Shown: positions 7,953 through 17,500 of the stretch, one piece after another | Layout: each line of letters opens with the position of its first letter | How positions within the stretch are numbered: the stretch's first letter is position 1 | NCBI GenBank assembly: GCA_031409335.1 | Contig: JANNWY010000031.1 | Span: 1 to 50,176 of the forward strand | Source: Chthoniobacteraceae bacterium | GTDB taxonomy: Bacteria; Verrucomicrobiota; Verrucomicrobiia; Chthoniobacterales; Chthoniobacteraceae | Length of the DNA stretch: 50,176 nt | Direction of reading: 5' to 3' | The notes under the pieces: model-generated | What the model saw: only the letters and a program-made list of their open reading frames with translations | Told to the model about the DNA's origin: nothing | Database searches by the model: none | Translations under genes and position numbers: made by a program

Positions 7953-10134
7953 GCACAGTGTCCCCGGCGGCGATCGCGAGTTGCGGGAGCGCGGCGTCGC
8001 CGATTGCCGCGGGATGCAGGACCACGCGGGCGTCGAGTGCGAGGATTCGCCCGGGACTCGCGAGCAGCGGATTGATGTCGATCTCGGCAATGCGGCGTTG
8101 CTCGGCGACGAGATGACTGAAGGCGACGAGGAGTTGCGCGAGCGCATCGAAATCCACCGGGGCGCGTCCGCGCACTCCGGCGAGCGCGCGGAAAATGCGG
8201 GTCCGCTCCATGAGTCGCCGCGCGAGCGTGGCCGTGAGCGGAGGAAGACCAAGCGCGCGATCTTCCATGATCTCGACCAACTCGCCGCCCGCACCGAAAA
8301 GCAGCACCGGGCCGAACTGCGGATCGACGCTGCTGCCGAGGATCAGCTCGATGCCACCGCGCGCGATCATCGGCTGCACGGTGACGCCGCCGAAACTTCC
8401 CGCGCCCGCATTTTCCCCAACCGCTTTTTCGATCGCACACCACGCGCGGCGGACGGCCGCGGCATCATGCAGATCGAGTTGCACGCCGCCCACGTCGGTT
8501 TTGTGCGTGATCGTGTCGGAGAAAACTTTCAGCACCACCGGCCAGCCGAGGCGCTCCGCGTGGCGGATCGCGTCCTCCTCGCGCTGCGCGATCAAGGTCT
8601 CCACCACCGGGATGCCATAGGCCGCGAGGAGGTGTTTCGATTCGACTTCGTTCAGCAGCGTGCGCCCGGCTTCGCGCGCGGTGGCGATGATGCGTTCCGC
8701 AGCCTGCCGGTTTTCGGCGGCGTGCGGCGGCGCGGATCGTTCTGCGAGCAGACGGAGGCGGTCGCTGTGGCTCCACATCAGCGCAAAGGCGCGCGCGGCT
8801 TCGTCGGGATAGTCGTAGGTGGGAATGCCCGCGCGGTTGAGCGTGGCGCGCGCGGTGGCAAGCGATGCGCCGCCCATCCAGCTCGCGAGCACCGGCTTCG
8901 CGGCGGAATTTGCGAGCGCGGCGATGCGCGCGGCGGTGCCGTCGGCATCGGTCATCGCCTGCGGCGTGAGCACGACGAGCACGCCGTCGGTGTTGGCATC
9001 GTGGAGCGCGAGCTCGACGGAACGCGCGTAACTCCCGGCGTCCGCCGCACCGAGCAGATCGACGGGATTCCCATGGCTCCACGCGGGCGGCAGCAGCGCG
9101 TCGAGTGCGGCGATCGTATCGCACGAAAGCGGCGCGAGCTGCCCGCCGCAGGTCACGAGCATGTCCGTCGCGAGCGCGCCCGGTCCGCCCGCATTCGTCA
9201 CGATCGCGAGCTGCGGCCCGTGCGGGCGCGGTTGTTTCGCCAGCACTTCGGCCATGTCGAAAAGTTCCTCGATGGTCTGCACGCGCAGCACGCCCGCGCG
9301 GTGGAACGCGGCATCGAGCACCGCGTCACTGCCCGTCATCGCGCCGGTGTGCGAAGCCGCCGCGCGCGCCGCCGCCTTGGTGTGCCCGACCTTGATGACG
9401 ATGATCGGTTTCGTGAACGCGACCACGCGCGCCGCGGAGAGAAATGCGCGCGCATCACCGACCGATTCCATGTAGCAAACGATGCTCTTCGTCAGCGGAT
9501 CATCGCCGAGGTGGGCGATGAGATCGCCCCAGCCGACATCGAGCATCGAGCCGATCGAAACGAATGCGCTGAAGCCGACATTTTCGCGCAGGCTCCAATC
9601 GAGGATCGCCGTGCAGAGCGCGCCGCTCTGGCTCAGAAACGCGACGCTGCCAGGCCGCGACATCGTTGCCGCGAAGGTCGCGTTCAGGCCCAGCGACGGA
9701 ATCATGATGCCAAGGCAATTCGGGCCGACGATCCGCATCCCGCCACGCCGCGCGAGGATTTCTCGCTCCAGCGCCGCGCCCGCCGCGCCGCACTCCTTGA
9801 AACCGGCGGAAACAATCACCGCCGCCCGCACTCCCGCCGCCGCACACTCGCCAACGACCGCCGGCACCGTCGCCGCCGGCGTCACGATCACCGCGAGCTC
9901 GACCGGCTCCGGCACTGCCGCGATGGAAGGAAACGCCTTTCTCCCGAGCACGCAGTCCCGCTTTGGATTGACCGGAAACACCGCGCCGGAAAATGCGCGG
10001 AGATTTTCCATCACCGCGCGCCCGACGCTGCCGTGCGCTTCGCTCGCACCGATCAGCGCCACGGACTTTGGCGCGAAAACCGCACCGAGTGAGCAGGTGG
10101 TCGTTTCGCGAAAATGTTCGGTGCTCGGTTGCAT
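7945..10134 (-). CDS. ADP-forming acetate--CoA ligase (fused alpha/beta), no C-terminal GNAT domain
   Basis: [70 protein letters not shown]. Start is 10134 or 10161. Confidence 0.88.
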   Translation of the reverse strand: MQPSTEHFRETTTCSLGAVFAPKSVALIGASEAHGSVGRAVMENLRAFSGAVFPVNPKRDCVLGRKAFPSIAAVPEPVELAVIVTPAATVPAVVGECAAAGVRAAVIVSAGFKECGAAGAALEREILARRGGMRIVGPNCLGIMIPSLGLNATFAATMSRPGSVAFLSQSGALCTAILDWSLRENVGFSAFVSIGSMLDVGWGDLIAHLGDDPLTKSIVCYMESVGDARAFLSAARVVAFTKPIIVIKVGHTKAAARAAASHTGAMTGSDAVLDAAFHRAGVLRVQTIEELFDMAEVLAKQPRPHGPQLAIVTNAGGPGALATDMLVTCGGQLAPLSCDTIAALDALLPPAWSHGNPVDLLGAADAGSYARSVELALHDANTDGVLVVLTPQAMTDADGTAARIAALANSAAKPVLASWMGGASLATARATLNRAGIPTYDYPDEAARAFALMWSHSDRLRLLAERSAPPHAAENRQAAERIIATAREAGRTLLNEVESKHLLAAYGIPVVETLIAQREEDAIRHAERLGWPVVLKVFSDTITHKTDVGGVQLDLHDAAAVRRAWCAIEKAVGENAGAGSFGGVTVQPMIARGGIELILGSSVDPQFGPVLLFGAGGELVEIMEDRALGLPPLTATLARRLMERTRIFRALAGVRGRAPVDFDALAQLLVAFSHLVAEQRRIAEIDINPLLASPGRILALDARVVLHPAAIGDAALPQLAIAAGDTVHG

Positions 10135-10215
10135 GACTTGTTCGCCACGATCTTGCGTCACGGCTCCGGGACATGGCTACCCGATCTTTGCCGAATGCTC
10201 GCCGAACGTTGCGCG

Positions 10216-11496
10216 TCACCGCTGCGCCGCGAGCGGTCGCCAGTAGCCTGGCAGATTCGGTTTCGTCTCGCGCAGGATTTCCAAAATCGCCTGGCGGTCA
10301 GGCGCGCTGATTTTGGAAAACTGCGGGTCCGCATCCTGGCCGGTGAGAATCTCGTGCAGCCGCTGCAACAGCCGCTCGCGCATCACCGCCGGGATTTCGT
10401 CGAACGCCTCCGAGTAGATCAGAAACGAGCATGGGTGCTTGAACATCCGCGTTTGCAAATCGAAGTCGCGCAACGAGCGGCCCTTCGAGTCGCGCAGACC
10501 CGATGCGGTGAAGTCCGCCGCATATTGCGGATTTCCGCTGATCGGCGCAGTGAGCGGCACTTCCTCCGCGAAGAGCAGGTAGCGGAGGAACGCGTTCTCC
10601 TGATTTTTGAGGTAACGAATGTGGCCGTAGGTCGCCATCATGATGCGCGTCTCGTAGTTCAGCCGCGTGATGTAATTGTGCATGTGCCCCTGATGTTCGA
10701 GGACCATCAGCGCGACGATGTCGCTGTGCGGCGTGAGATATTTTGCGGTGTCGATGAGCTGTGTGAGATCGGCCAGATTGCCGCGAAAACCGGGCTCGCT
10801 CGCGTGCCGGTCGAAGGCGGATTCGCCGATGAGATTTCCCAAATGCGCCTGCGCTCCGCTCTGCCCGCTGACATACCAGCCGCCCCACCGCTCGCCGAGC
10901 GGCGCGCAATGCGTGACTTCGCCAGAGTCTGTCCCAGCCTTGATCTCGCCGCCACCATCGGTCTGGAGCGAACGCACAAAATGCCCCGGCACACCGAGCG
11001 TCCGGCCCGAGACGTGGCACTGGATGCACTCGCTGTTGCGCACGAACGACGGCTTTTTCACCTCCTCCTGCTCGATCGAATAAAACACACCGCCGAGCTT
11101 CGGATCGACCGCGGAAATTTCCATCATCGGCGCGTGCGGGATGTAGCCGATATAGACATCGTCGTTGTAAAAAATCGCGCGCGGATTGCGCGGATTGATC
11201 GCGCGCCGTTGCAGCGAGGTCTGGGAGAAGACCAGCATCTGCGAAGACTTCGGAACCTTCAGCGCATCGAGCAGCGCGGGCAGCCAGCCAAATTTCTCAT
11301 CCCACTTCAGCTTCACCTCGCCACTCGCGATCCGTGCCTGGAGTTTCGCCACGCGATCCGCGGGCGTCTGCTCGCTGTAGGCGATGATGCTTTCGTCGTA
11401 AGGCAGCGCGTGTGTGGCACCTTGAAAGTCCTCCGCGAGGGCCGGGCGCGCGAGGCTCAGCAAGGCTATGGTGAGAAGGCTTCGGATGGATCGCAT
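10216..11496 (-). CDS. Secreted protein with a single CxxCH haem-binding motif
   Basis: Signal peptide MRSIRSLLTIALLSLARPALA, CIQCH, ERWGGWYVSG, SDIVALMVLEHQ. Confidence 0.7.
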   Translation of the reverse strand: MRSIRSLLTIALLSLARPALAEDFQGATHALPYDESIIAYSEQTPADRVAKLQARIASGEVKLKWDEKFGWLPALLDALKVPKSSQMLVFSQTSLQRRAINPRNPRAIFYNDDVYIGYIPHAPMMEISAVDPKLGGVFYSIEQEEVKKPSFVRNSECIQCHVSGRTLGVPGHFVRSLQTDGGGEIKAGTDSGEVTHCAPLGERWGGWYVSGQSGAQAHLGNLIGESAFDRHASEPGFRGNLADLTQLIDTAKYLTPHSDIVALMVLEHQGHMHNYITRLNYETRIMMATYGHIRYLKNQENAFLRYLLFAEEVPLTAPISGNPQYAADFTASGLRDSKGRSLRDFDLQTRMFKHPCSFLIYSEAFDEIPAVMRERLLQRLHEILTGQDADPQFSKISAPDRQAILEILRETKPNLPGYWRPLAAQR

Positions 11497-11562
11497 GGAG
11501 ATGGGTCGCAGTGCTGGCGGTGGTTGTCGAAAGCATGATCGGGCGTCTGGTGCATTCATGCC

Positions 11563-11576
11563 TTGATCTGTGTCAA
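11563..11576. promoter_or_regulatory. FNR/CRP-family-like operator TTGAT-ctgt-GTCAA
   Basis: 9/10 match to TTGAT-N4-ATCAA, about 70 bp upstream of the 11496 start in an intergenic region. Confidence 0.6.
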
Positions 11577-11680
11577 ACCATGGAATGATTGCAGCAGGCA
11601 GCTTCCCCGTCCACTCCGGCACTCGCGGATGGCGAAGGATGCGCGGTAAACGCAGCAATGGCGGTCGCTGTTGCGCAGTT

Positions 11681-12847
11681 TCACGGGGGACCAGGGGGAC
11701 TTTCCCTCCGTAGCGAATGGCCGCGCGTCAGTGGCAGTGATTTGGCGCGGAGTTCGTCGAGCAGTTGCGCGGCTTTGTGCTGCTTGGCGCGGCGTAGGGA
11801 ATTGGCGTCGAGCACGAGTTCGGTTTGCGTGGAAGGCTCGGTGACGTTGCTGACTTTGAGCGAGACGAGGCGGAGTGGCTCGCGCCTTTTCCACGCGCCG
11901 CGGAGGAGCGCGGGAAGGTGCGGGTAGATGTCCGTTTCGAGATCGGTCGGCGCGTCGAGCGTGGTGCCGTGGGATTCGTCGGTGAAATCCGGGTAGCGCA
12001 CTTTGATGGTGACGGTGCGGATCGCTTTCCCGTCGCCACGCACGCTGGCCATCAGCCCGTCCGCCATGCCACGGAGGATCGCGAGGATGGGTTCACGCTC
12101 GCGGATGTTTTCTCCGAAGGTGTCCTGCACGCTGTACGACTTTGCTTCGTCGCGCTCGGTGACGATGGCCCGCTCGTCGATGCCGAACGCGCAGGCGCGC
12201 AGGTCTTCCGCGGAGCTTCCGGCGGCGCGGCGCAGCTGATCGCGGGAAGCGTTCGCGACATCGTCGATCGTGAGGAGGCCGAGCGCCTTGAAACGCTCAT
12301 ACGCTTTCGCGCCGACGCCGGGCAGCCAGCGGCTTTCCAGCGGAGCGAGAAAGGCGCGCTCTTCTCCGCGCGGCACTTCCACGAGTGCGTCGGGTTTGCG
12401 GAGTTTCGCGGCGATTTGGGAAATGAGTTTGTTCGCGCCGATGCCGAGCGAAACGGTGAGGCCGAGTTCTTCGCGGATGCGCACCTTCAGCCGCACCGCG
12501 ATCTCGCGCGCGGTCAGCGTGCGGTGGCCGCTGACATCGCAGTAGCCCTCGTCGATCGACGTGCGCTCGATGTACGGCGTGAATTCTTCGACGAGCGCAA
12601 ACATGCGGCGCGAGTAGTCGGAATATTTCTCCATGCTGCCGCGCACGAGGATCAGCTCCGGGCAAACCTTCAGCGCACGCTGCGTCGGCATCGGCGTGTA
12701 AACTCCACGCGCCCGCGCTTCATACGTGGCGCTCGCGATGATGCCGCGATGCAGCCCGCCGACGGCCATCGCCTTTCCGCGCAGCGCGGGATTTTCCACC
12801 TGCTCGACCGAGGCGTAAAATGCGTCGGCATCGAGGTGGACGATCAT
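11681..12847 (-). CDS. dinB: DNA polymerase IV (Y-family)
   Basis: IVHLDADAFYASVE, YEARARG, SIDEGY, KLRKPD, LPGVG. Confidence 0.95.
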   Translation of the reverse strand: MIVHLDADAFYASVEQVENPALRGKAMAVGGLHRGIIASATYEARARGVYTPMPTQRALKVCPELILVRGSMEKYSDYSRRMFALVEEFTPYIERTSIDEGYCDVSGHRTLTAREIAVRLKVRIREELGLTVSLGIGANKLISQIAAKLRKPDALVEVPRGEERAFLAPLESRWLPGVGAKAYERFKALGLLTIDDVANASRDQLRRAAGSSAEDLRACAFGIDERAIVTERDEAKSYSVQDTFGENIREREPILAILRGMADGLMASVRGDGKAIRTVTIKVRYPDFTDESHGTTLDAPTDLETDIYPHLPALLRGAWKRREPLRLVSLKVSNVTEPSTQTELVLDANSLRRAKQHKAAQLLDELRAKSLPLTRGHSLRRESPPGPP

Positions 12848-12889
12848 CGGGAAGTTGAGGGTTGAGAGACCTCCGCCGTGATGCCCGCC

Positions 12890-13501
12890 TCAGCTCTCTA
12901 TCTTCCGCACCAGCGCGACCATCACGCCTTGCACCAAGAGTTCGGTGAGCGGGATGAGGTCGGGATACTTCGGATTCTCGGCTTTTAGAAACGCATTGCC
13001 GCGATCCAGCACGAACCGTTTCAGGGTCGTTTCGCCGTCGATCAACGCGGCGACGATGTCGTGGTTTTTCGGGCCGCGCTGTTCGAGGACGACGAGGTCG
13101 CCGTCGTTGATTTGCGCGCCGATCATGGAATCCCCGCGCACTTTCAAAGCGAAAACGCGAGCCGTGCTGCGGAGGCCGACGGTGCGTGTGTCCACGGAAA
13201 GCACGCCGTCGCGCGACTCTTCGGTGAGCTGGGAAAAGCCGGCGGCGATCGAGCCGTAGATCGGGATATCGATGATCGGATCACGATTGAGCGTGGAGAC
13301 GAGCGCCATCGCGCGCGCTTTTCCCGCGTGACGCTGGAGCACGCCTTTTCGTTCCAGCGCGCGGAGATGATTCACCGCCGCGGTCTGGCTCGCGAAGCCA
13401 AAGTGCTCCTGGATTTCGCGCGTCGAGGGAGTCACCCCGCTCTTGTGCTGCGCGGCTGCGATGAACTCCAAAACCTGACGCTGACGATCGGTTAAATTCA
13501 T
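12890..13501 (-). CDS. lexA: SOS repressor LexA
   Basis: LTDRQ..., PSTREI winged helix, AAG cleavage site, VRGDSM (Ser), TLKRF (Lys). Confidence 0.97.
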   Translation of the reverse strand: MNLTDRQRQVLEFIAAAQHKSGVTPSTREIQEHFGFASQTAAVNHLRALERKGVLQRHAGKARAMALVSTLNRDPIIDIPIYGSIAAGFSQLTEESRDGVLSVDTRTVGLRSTARVFALKVRGDSMIGAQINDGDLVVLEQRGPKNHDIVAALIDGETTLKRFVLDRGNAFLKAENPKYPDLIPLTELLVQGVMVALVRKIES

Positions 13502-13514
13502 GTTCGCGCGAACA
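13501..13514. promoter_or_regulatory. Verrucomicrobial LexA (SOS) box TGTTC-gcgc-GAACA
   Basis: Perfect 14-bp palindrome overlapping the A of the lexA ATG; matches the motif described for Verrucomicrobia. Confidence 0.9.
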
Positions 13515-13540
13515 CTAGGAGGGCGCGGCGACGATGTCCA
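13512..13540 (-). promoter_or_regulatory. Putative sigma70 promoter of lexA (TGGACA-N17-TAGTGT)
   Basis: Minus strand reads TGGACA tcgtcgccgcgccctcc TAGTGT tcgcgcgaac ATG; the -10 overlaps the SOS box. Confidence 0.6.
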
Positions 13541-13605
13541 GCAGCCCGGGATTCGTCACTCGCTACTTGTCACCGCCGCGCACATCCGCGAGTAGTCGCG
13601 CCCTC

Positions 13606-14361
13606 ATGAACATCCTCATCCTCGCAGCCGGATATGCGACGCGCCTTTACCCACTCACGGAAAACAAAGCGAAGCCGCTGCTCGATGTCGCCGGCAAGCC
13701 GATGATGGAGTGGGTGATCGACAACCTCGCGCCAATCGCGGGCATCGAGAAAGTGTACGTCGTCACGAACAACAAATTCGCCGCGCACTTCGAGGCATGG
13801 GCGAAGCATTACAACGAAGTCCACGCGAAGCTCGCTTTTGAAATCGTGAACGACGGCTCGACCTCCGATGCCGACAAACTCGGCGCGATCGGTGATCTGA
13901 ATTACGTGATCCAGAAGCACGGCATCGACACGAGCGATTTGCTCGTGGTCGCGGGCGACAATCTTTTCAGCGAAAGCCTCGAAGCGTTCGGCGATTTCTG
14001 CCGCGAGAAGAATCAGCCGGTGCTCGGCGTGTACGATGTCGGCTCGCTCGAAGAGGCGAGAAAGTATGGCGTCGTCGCGATCGACGCCGCGGGGACGATC
14101 ACGGAGTTTGTGGAAAAGCCAAGCGCGCCGCCGAGCACGCTGATCGGCATCGCGCTTTACTACTATCCGGCGGACACGGTGAAGCAGATCGCGCAATATC
14201 TCGCGGAGGGAAACAACCCGGATCAACCGGGCCGCTTCGTGCAATGGCTGTATCCGCGCACGCCGGTGCGGACGTGGAGCGTGCCGGGGACGTGGTTCGA
14301 TGTGGGCAGCAAGGAAACGCTGGAAGAGGCGGGCCGGATTTTTGCGCAGTTCGCGGAGTAG
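13606..14361 (+). CDS. Sugar-phosphate nucleotidyltransferase family protein
   Basis: ILAAGYATRLYPLT..KPLL, AGDN, FVEKP, WFDVG. Confidence 0.9.
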   Translation: MNILILAAGYATRLYPLTENKAKPLLDVAGKPMMEWVIDNLAPIAGIEKVYVVTNNKFAAHFEAWAKHYNEVHAKLAFEIVNDGSTSDADKLGAIGDLNYVIQKHGIDTSDLLVVAGDNLFSESLEAFGDFCREKNQPVLGVYDVGSLEEARKYGVVAIDAAGTITEFVEKPSAPPSTLIGIALYYYPADTVKQIAQYLAEGNNPDQPGRFVQWLYPRTPVRTWSVPGTWFDVGSKETLEEAGRIFAQFAE

Positions 14362-14367
14362 CGCACA

Positions 14368-14592
14368 CGCCCCGTGGCTTGCCGCTCCTGCGGCGAGCGG
14401 GAAAGGCGGCGCGTTCCACCGCTTGAAAGGGCGTCTAAAAAGTCGTATCGCAGTTTCTTGCTCCTGATCTTGATCCTGCTCCTGATCCATGTGCCGCGCG
14501 CCTCTGAGGGATCAAGATCAAGATCAAGATCAAGAGCAGGAGCAGGAGCAGGAGCAGGACGGCTCGCCGCTGGAGCGGCAAGCCACGGGGCG
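14368..14592. repeat. 225-bp MITE/REPIN-like element with 31-bp terminal inverted repeats and an internal hexamer-repeat palindrome
   Basis: 14368-14398 cgccccgtggcttgccgctcc(t)gcggcgagc pairs with 14562-14592 (1 mismatch). Inside, ctcctg/atcttg units face gatcaa x4 and gagcag x4 arrays. Confidence 0.8.
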
Positions 14593-14594
14593 GC

Positions 14595-17500
14595 TTACGG
14601 CTCCGTGCTCACGCGGTAGTTCCGCTGCGCGCCGCTGGCGCCGCCGGTGTGCGTAAAGGTCGCGGTCGCGCCGGTGGCGACAATGGGTGCCGGCGTGATC
14701 TGGCTCCACGAGCCTGCGACCAGGTCCGGGCGCGAGTGAACGCGGTAGCGTTTGCCGACGACGGTCTTCCACGTGAGCACGACATCGCTGCCCGAGACTT
14801 GCACGTTCGTGATGATGAAGCCCGATGCCGGATCGTTCGGGACCGTACCCGCGATCCACTCGGCGAGGTTGCGCAAACCGTCACCGTCGAGATCGCCGCC
14901 AGCGTCGTTGGTGCCAACGCTCAAGCCATTCGCCGTTTCCCAAGCGTCGCCCATGCCGTGGCCGTCAAGGTCGGTTTGGACATCGAGAGACAATGTGCGT
15001 CCACCGGGGCCACCCGAGTTCGTGGCGGAGAGGGAAACGATGGCGACGCCCGCGGCGGACGGTGTGCCGGAGATGAGGCCGGTGGACGTGCTCACGGTCA
15101 GCCCGGCCGGCAGGCCCGATGCGTTGTAGCTCGTCGGCAAATTCGTCGCGGTGATCTGATACGAAAACGCGCCGCCCACCACGGCGCGCGCGGTGTTCGG
15201 GCTGGTGATGACGGGCGGCGGCGCGGCGGCGACGTTAAAGTTGTTCGAGTTGCCGGTGTGCCCGGCACCGTCGTTGGCCACGAGGTGGATGGTGTTCACG
15301 ACGGAGGTGATCGAGAGGTTGCCGCTCCACACGCCGCTCGTGAGAGTGACGCTTGATGGCGTGACGGTGTAGGTCGGGGGCGGCGGGATGAAGGGAACTG
15401 TCAGGCCAGTATTCTGGATGCCCTTGTTCGCGTCGCTGGCACCCTCGGTCCAATCGACGGCGGTGTTGAGGTCGGTCGTGCCGCCGCGCGTTTTGATGCC
15501 CTGGAAGTTGATCGCGGTAGCGCCATTGCCGCTCCACTGCGCGGCGAGGACTCTGATGTTCGTGTAGGTGGTCGAGCCGACGGTGACGCTGGGGATGTTG
15601 ATGGCGGTGATGTTCGCGGCGGTGTAGCCCCAGCCGACAAAGTCGCGCACAGCACCGGTGCCGTCGCAGAGCATGCACCAGCCGTTGCGATTGCCGCCAC
15701 CAAAGGTGAAGCCGCTCCAGTTGATGCTCGGCGCATAAACTCCGGGGGTCGCTTCGTTGACGACGATGACCTGGCCGGGCGCGATCGTGGCGGGCAGCGG
15801 CCATGCGGGATGGATCGAGTTCAGCCCGCCAGTGCCCATGCCGGTTGCGTCGTTCGGGATGATGAACCACCCGGCGGTATTGGCGGCCACGTTGCCGACG
15901 TTTTGGATTTCAAAGTAGTCCGGCGAATTCGTGCCGCACTCGGTGATGAGCACGATCGCGGCAGTGGTGCCGGTGCCCTGCGCGATAACAGTGCTGTTCC
16001 CATTGAAAGACGTGACTGTGCGCGCGGCAAAGTCTTTCGCCGTGAGCGTGGCGGCGAAAGGAACGCCCGACAACTGCGTGCCGCCAATAGTGCTCCATGT
16101 GAACGACGCAATCGGGCCGCTCGCGGCCACAGTGAGGGTGACATTTTTCGTCCCGGTGCCGCCGATGTTGGTGGCGCTGACGACGAGGTTGAACACGCCG
16201 GATTCAGTGGGCGCGCCGCTGATGAGACCGTTCACCGTGTTCACCGAAACCCCTGCGGGCAGGCCGGTCGCCCCGTACCTGGTCGGCGTCTGCGTGGCGG
16301 TGATCTGGTAGCTAAACGGATCGCCGATGACGCCACTCGCGAGGCTTGCGCTGGTGACGGTCGGCGGCGGTCCGGCGCCCGGTGTGCCGTAGAGATTCAG
16401 CGAAGGCGTCCACGTGCTTTTGTCGCCCCAGTCGCGCGCGGCGGTCGCGCCGTCGTCGATCACGCTCAACGCGTAGCCGTTGTTTGTCTGCGGCACGAAC
16501 CACGTCGGGCTGTAGGCAAATTTCAATAGGTTCACATCCCACGGCGCGGGCGGCTGGAAGGCGATGACCTCGCCCGCGTTGTCGAGCGATCCGGTGAAGA
16601 CGCCGGGCGCGAGCGGCACGCCGAGGCCGAACTGATTCTGAAACGCCGTGCGGTCGCGACACACGACGAGATACGCGCCCGCCGCGAGCGTGGTCGTCGC
16701 GGGAAAAGTGTAGGTCACTCCGCGCGTGAAACGCACACCGGCAAGTTCGAGCGGCGAGGTGCCAATGTTGTGCAACTCGATGTACTCGAGGTTTCCGGGC
16801 GTGTAGAGGATTTCGGAAATACGCAAATTGTTCAGCAGCGCGAGGACGCTCGCGGGCGGGTTGACGTTCGCTGCGCCGGGCGTGGGCACGTTCACCGGCA
16901 GTCCGAAAACGGCGAGCGTCGCCGCACCGTCCGGCGTGCGCCCGACCGAGGTGTTGAAGGTCTGCGCCACGATGTCTTCACGATCGACGATCGTCCCGTT
17001 CAGCCCGATGAGTGCGAGCCATCCGAAATCCTGGTCGATGCTGAACGGAAGCTGGCCCGCGCTGGCGGGATCGGCGCTGCTGCCTTTCGCGATGAAACGC
17101 ACGAAGCCCGCCGGGCCGATGAAACTCAGCGGCGGCAGGACGTGCCCGGCGGGGTAGTTGATGAAATCATCCGTGAGCGCCATCTGCCCGATCGCGACGG
17201 GCTGCGCGGCGGGGTTGTAGAGTTCCACGAAATCTTCATCGAGCAGGTAGTCGTTGTTCGCGGACCATTCATTGATCGTGACGCCGCCGGGCTCGGCGAA
17301 GGTGACGACCGCGCTGTTCGCGGCGCTGATGGTCGGCGTGCAAAGCTGCCAAAGGTCGCGCGTGCCGCCCGTGCGCCCGATCGAGTAGTCCGCCGCCTGC
17401 GGCCCGAAGACGACCGAATCGAGCAGCGCCTGTCCGCTCGCCACGGTGTCGTACAGATAAAGCGCGTCGCCTTCGCTATCGAGGCCAAAGCCCGTGTGCA

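Noticed and set aside
14455..14560. Hexamer arrays as a CRISPR array or a coding repeat
   Set aside because: No repeat-spacer structure and no cas genes; ORFs crossing it give only low-complexity DQEQ/SRSR peptides.
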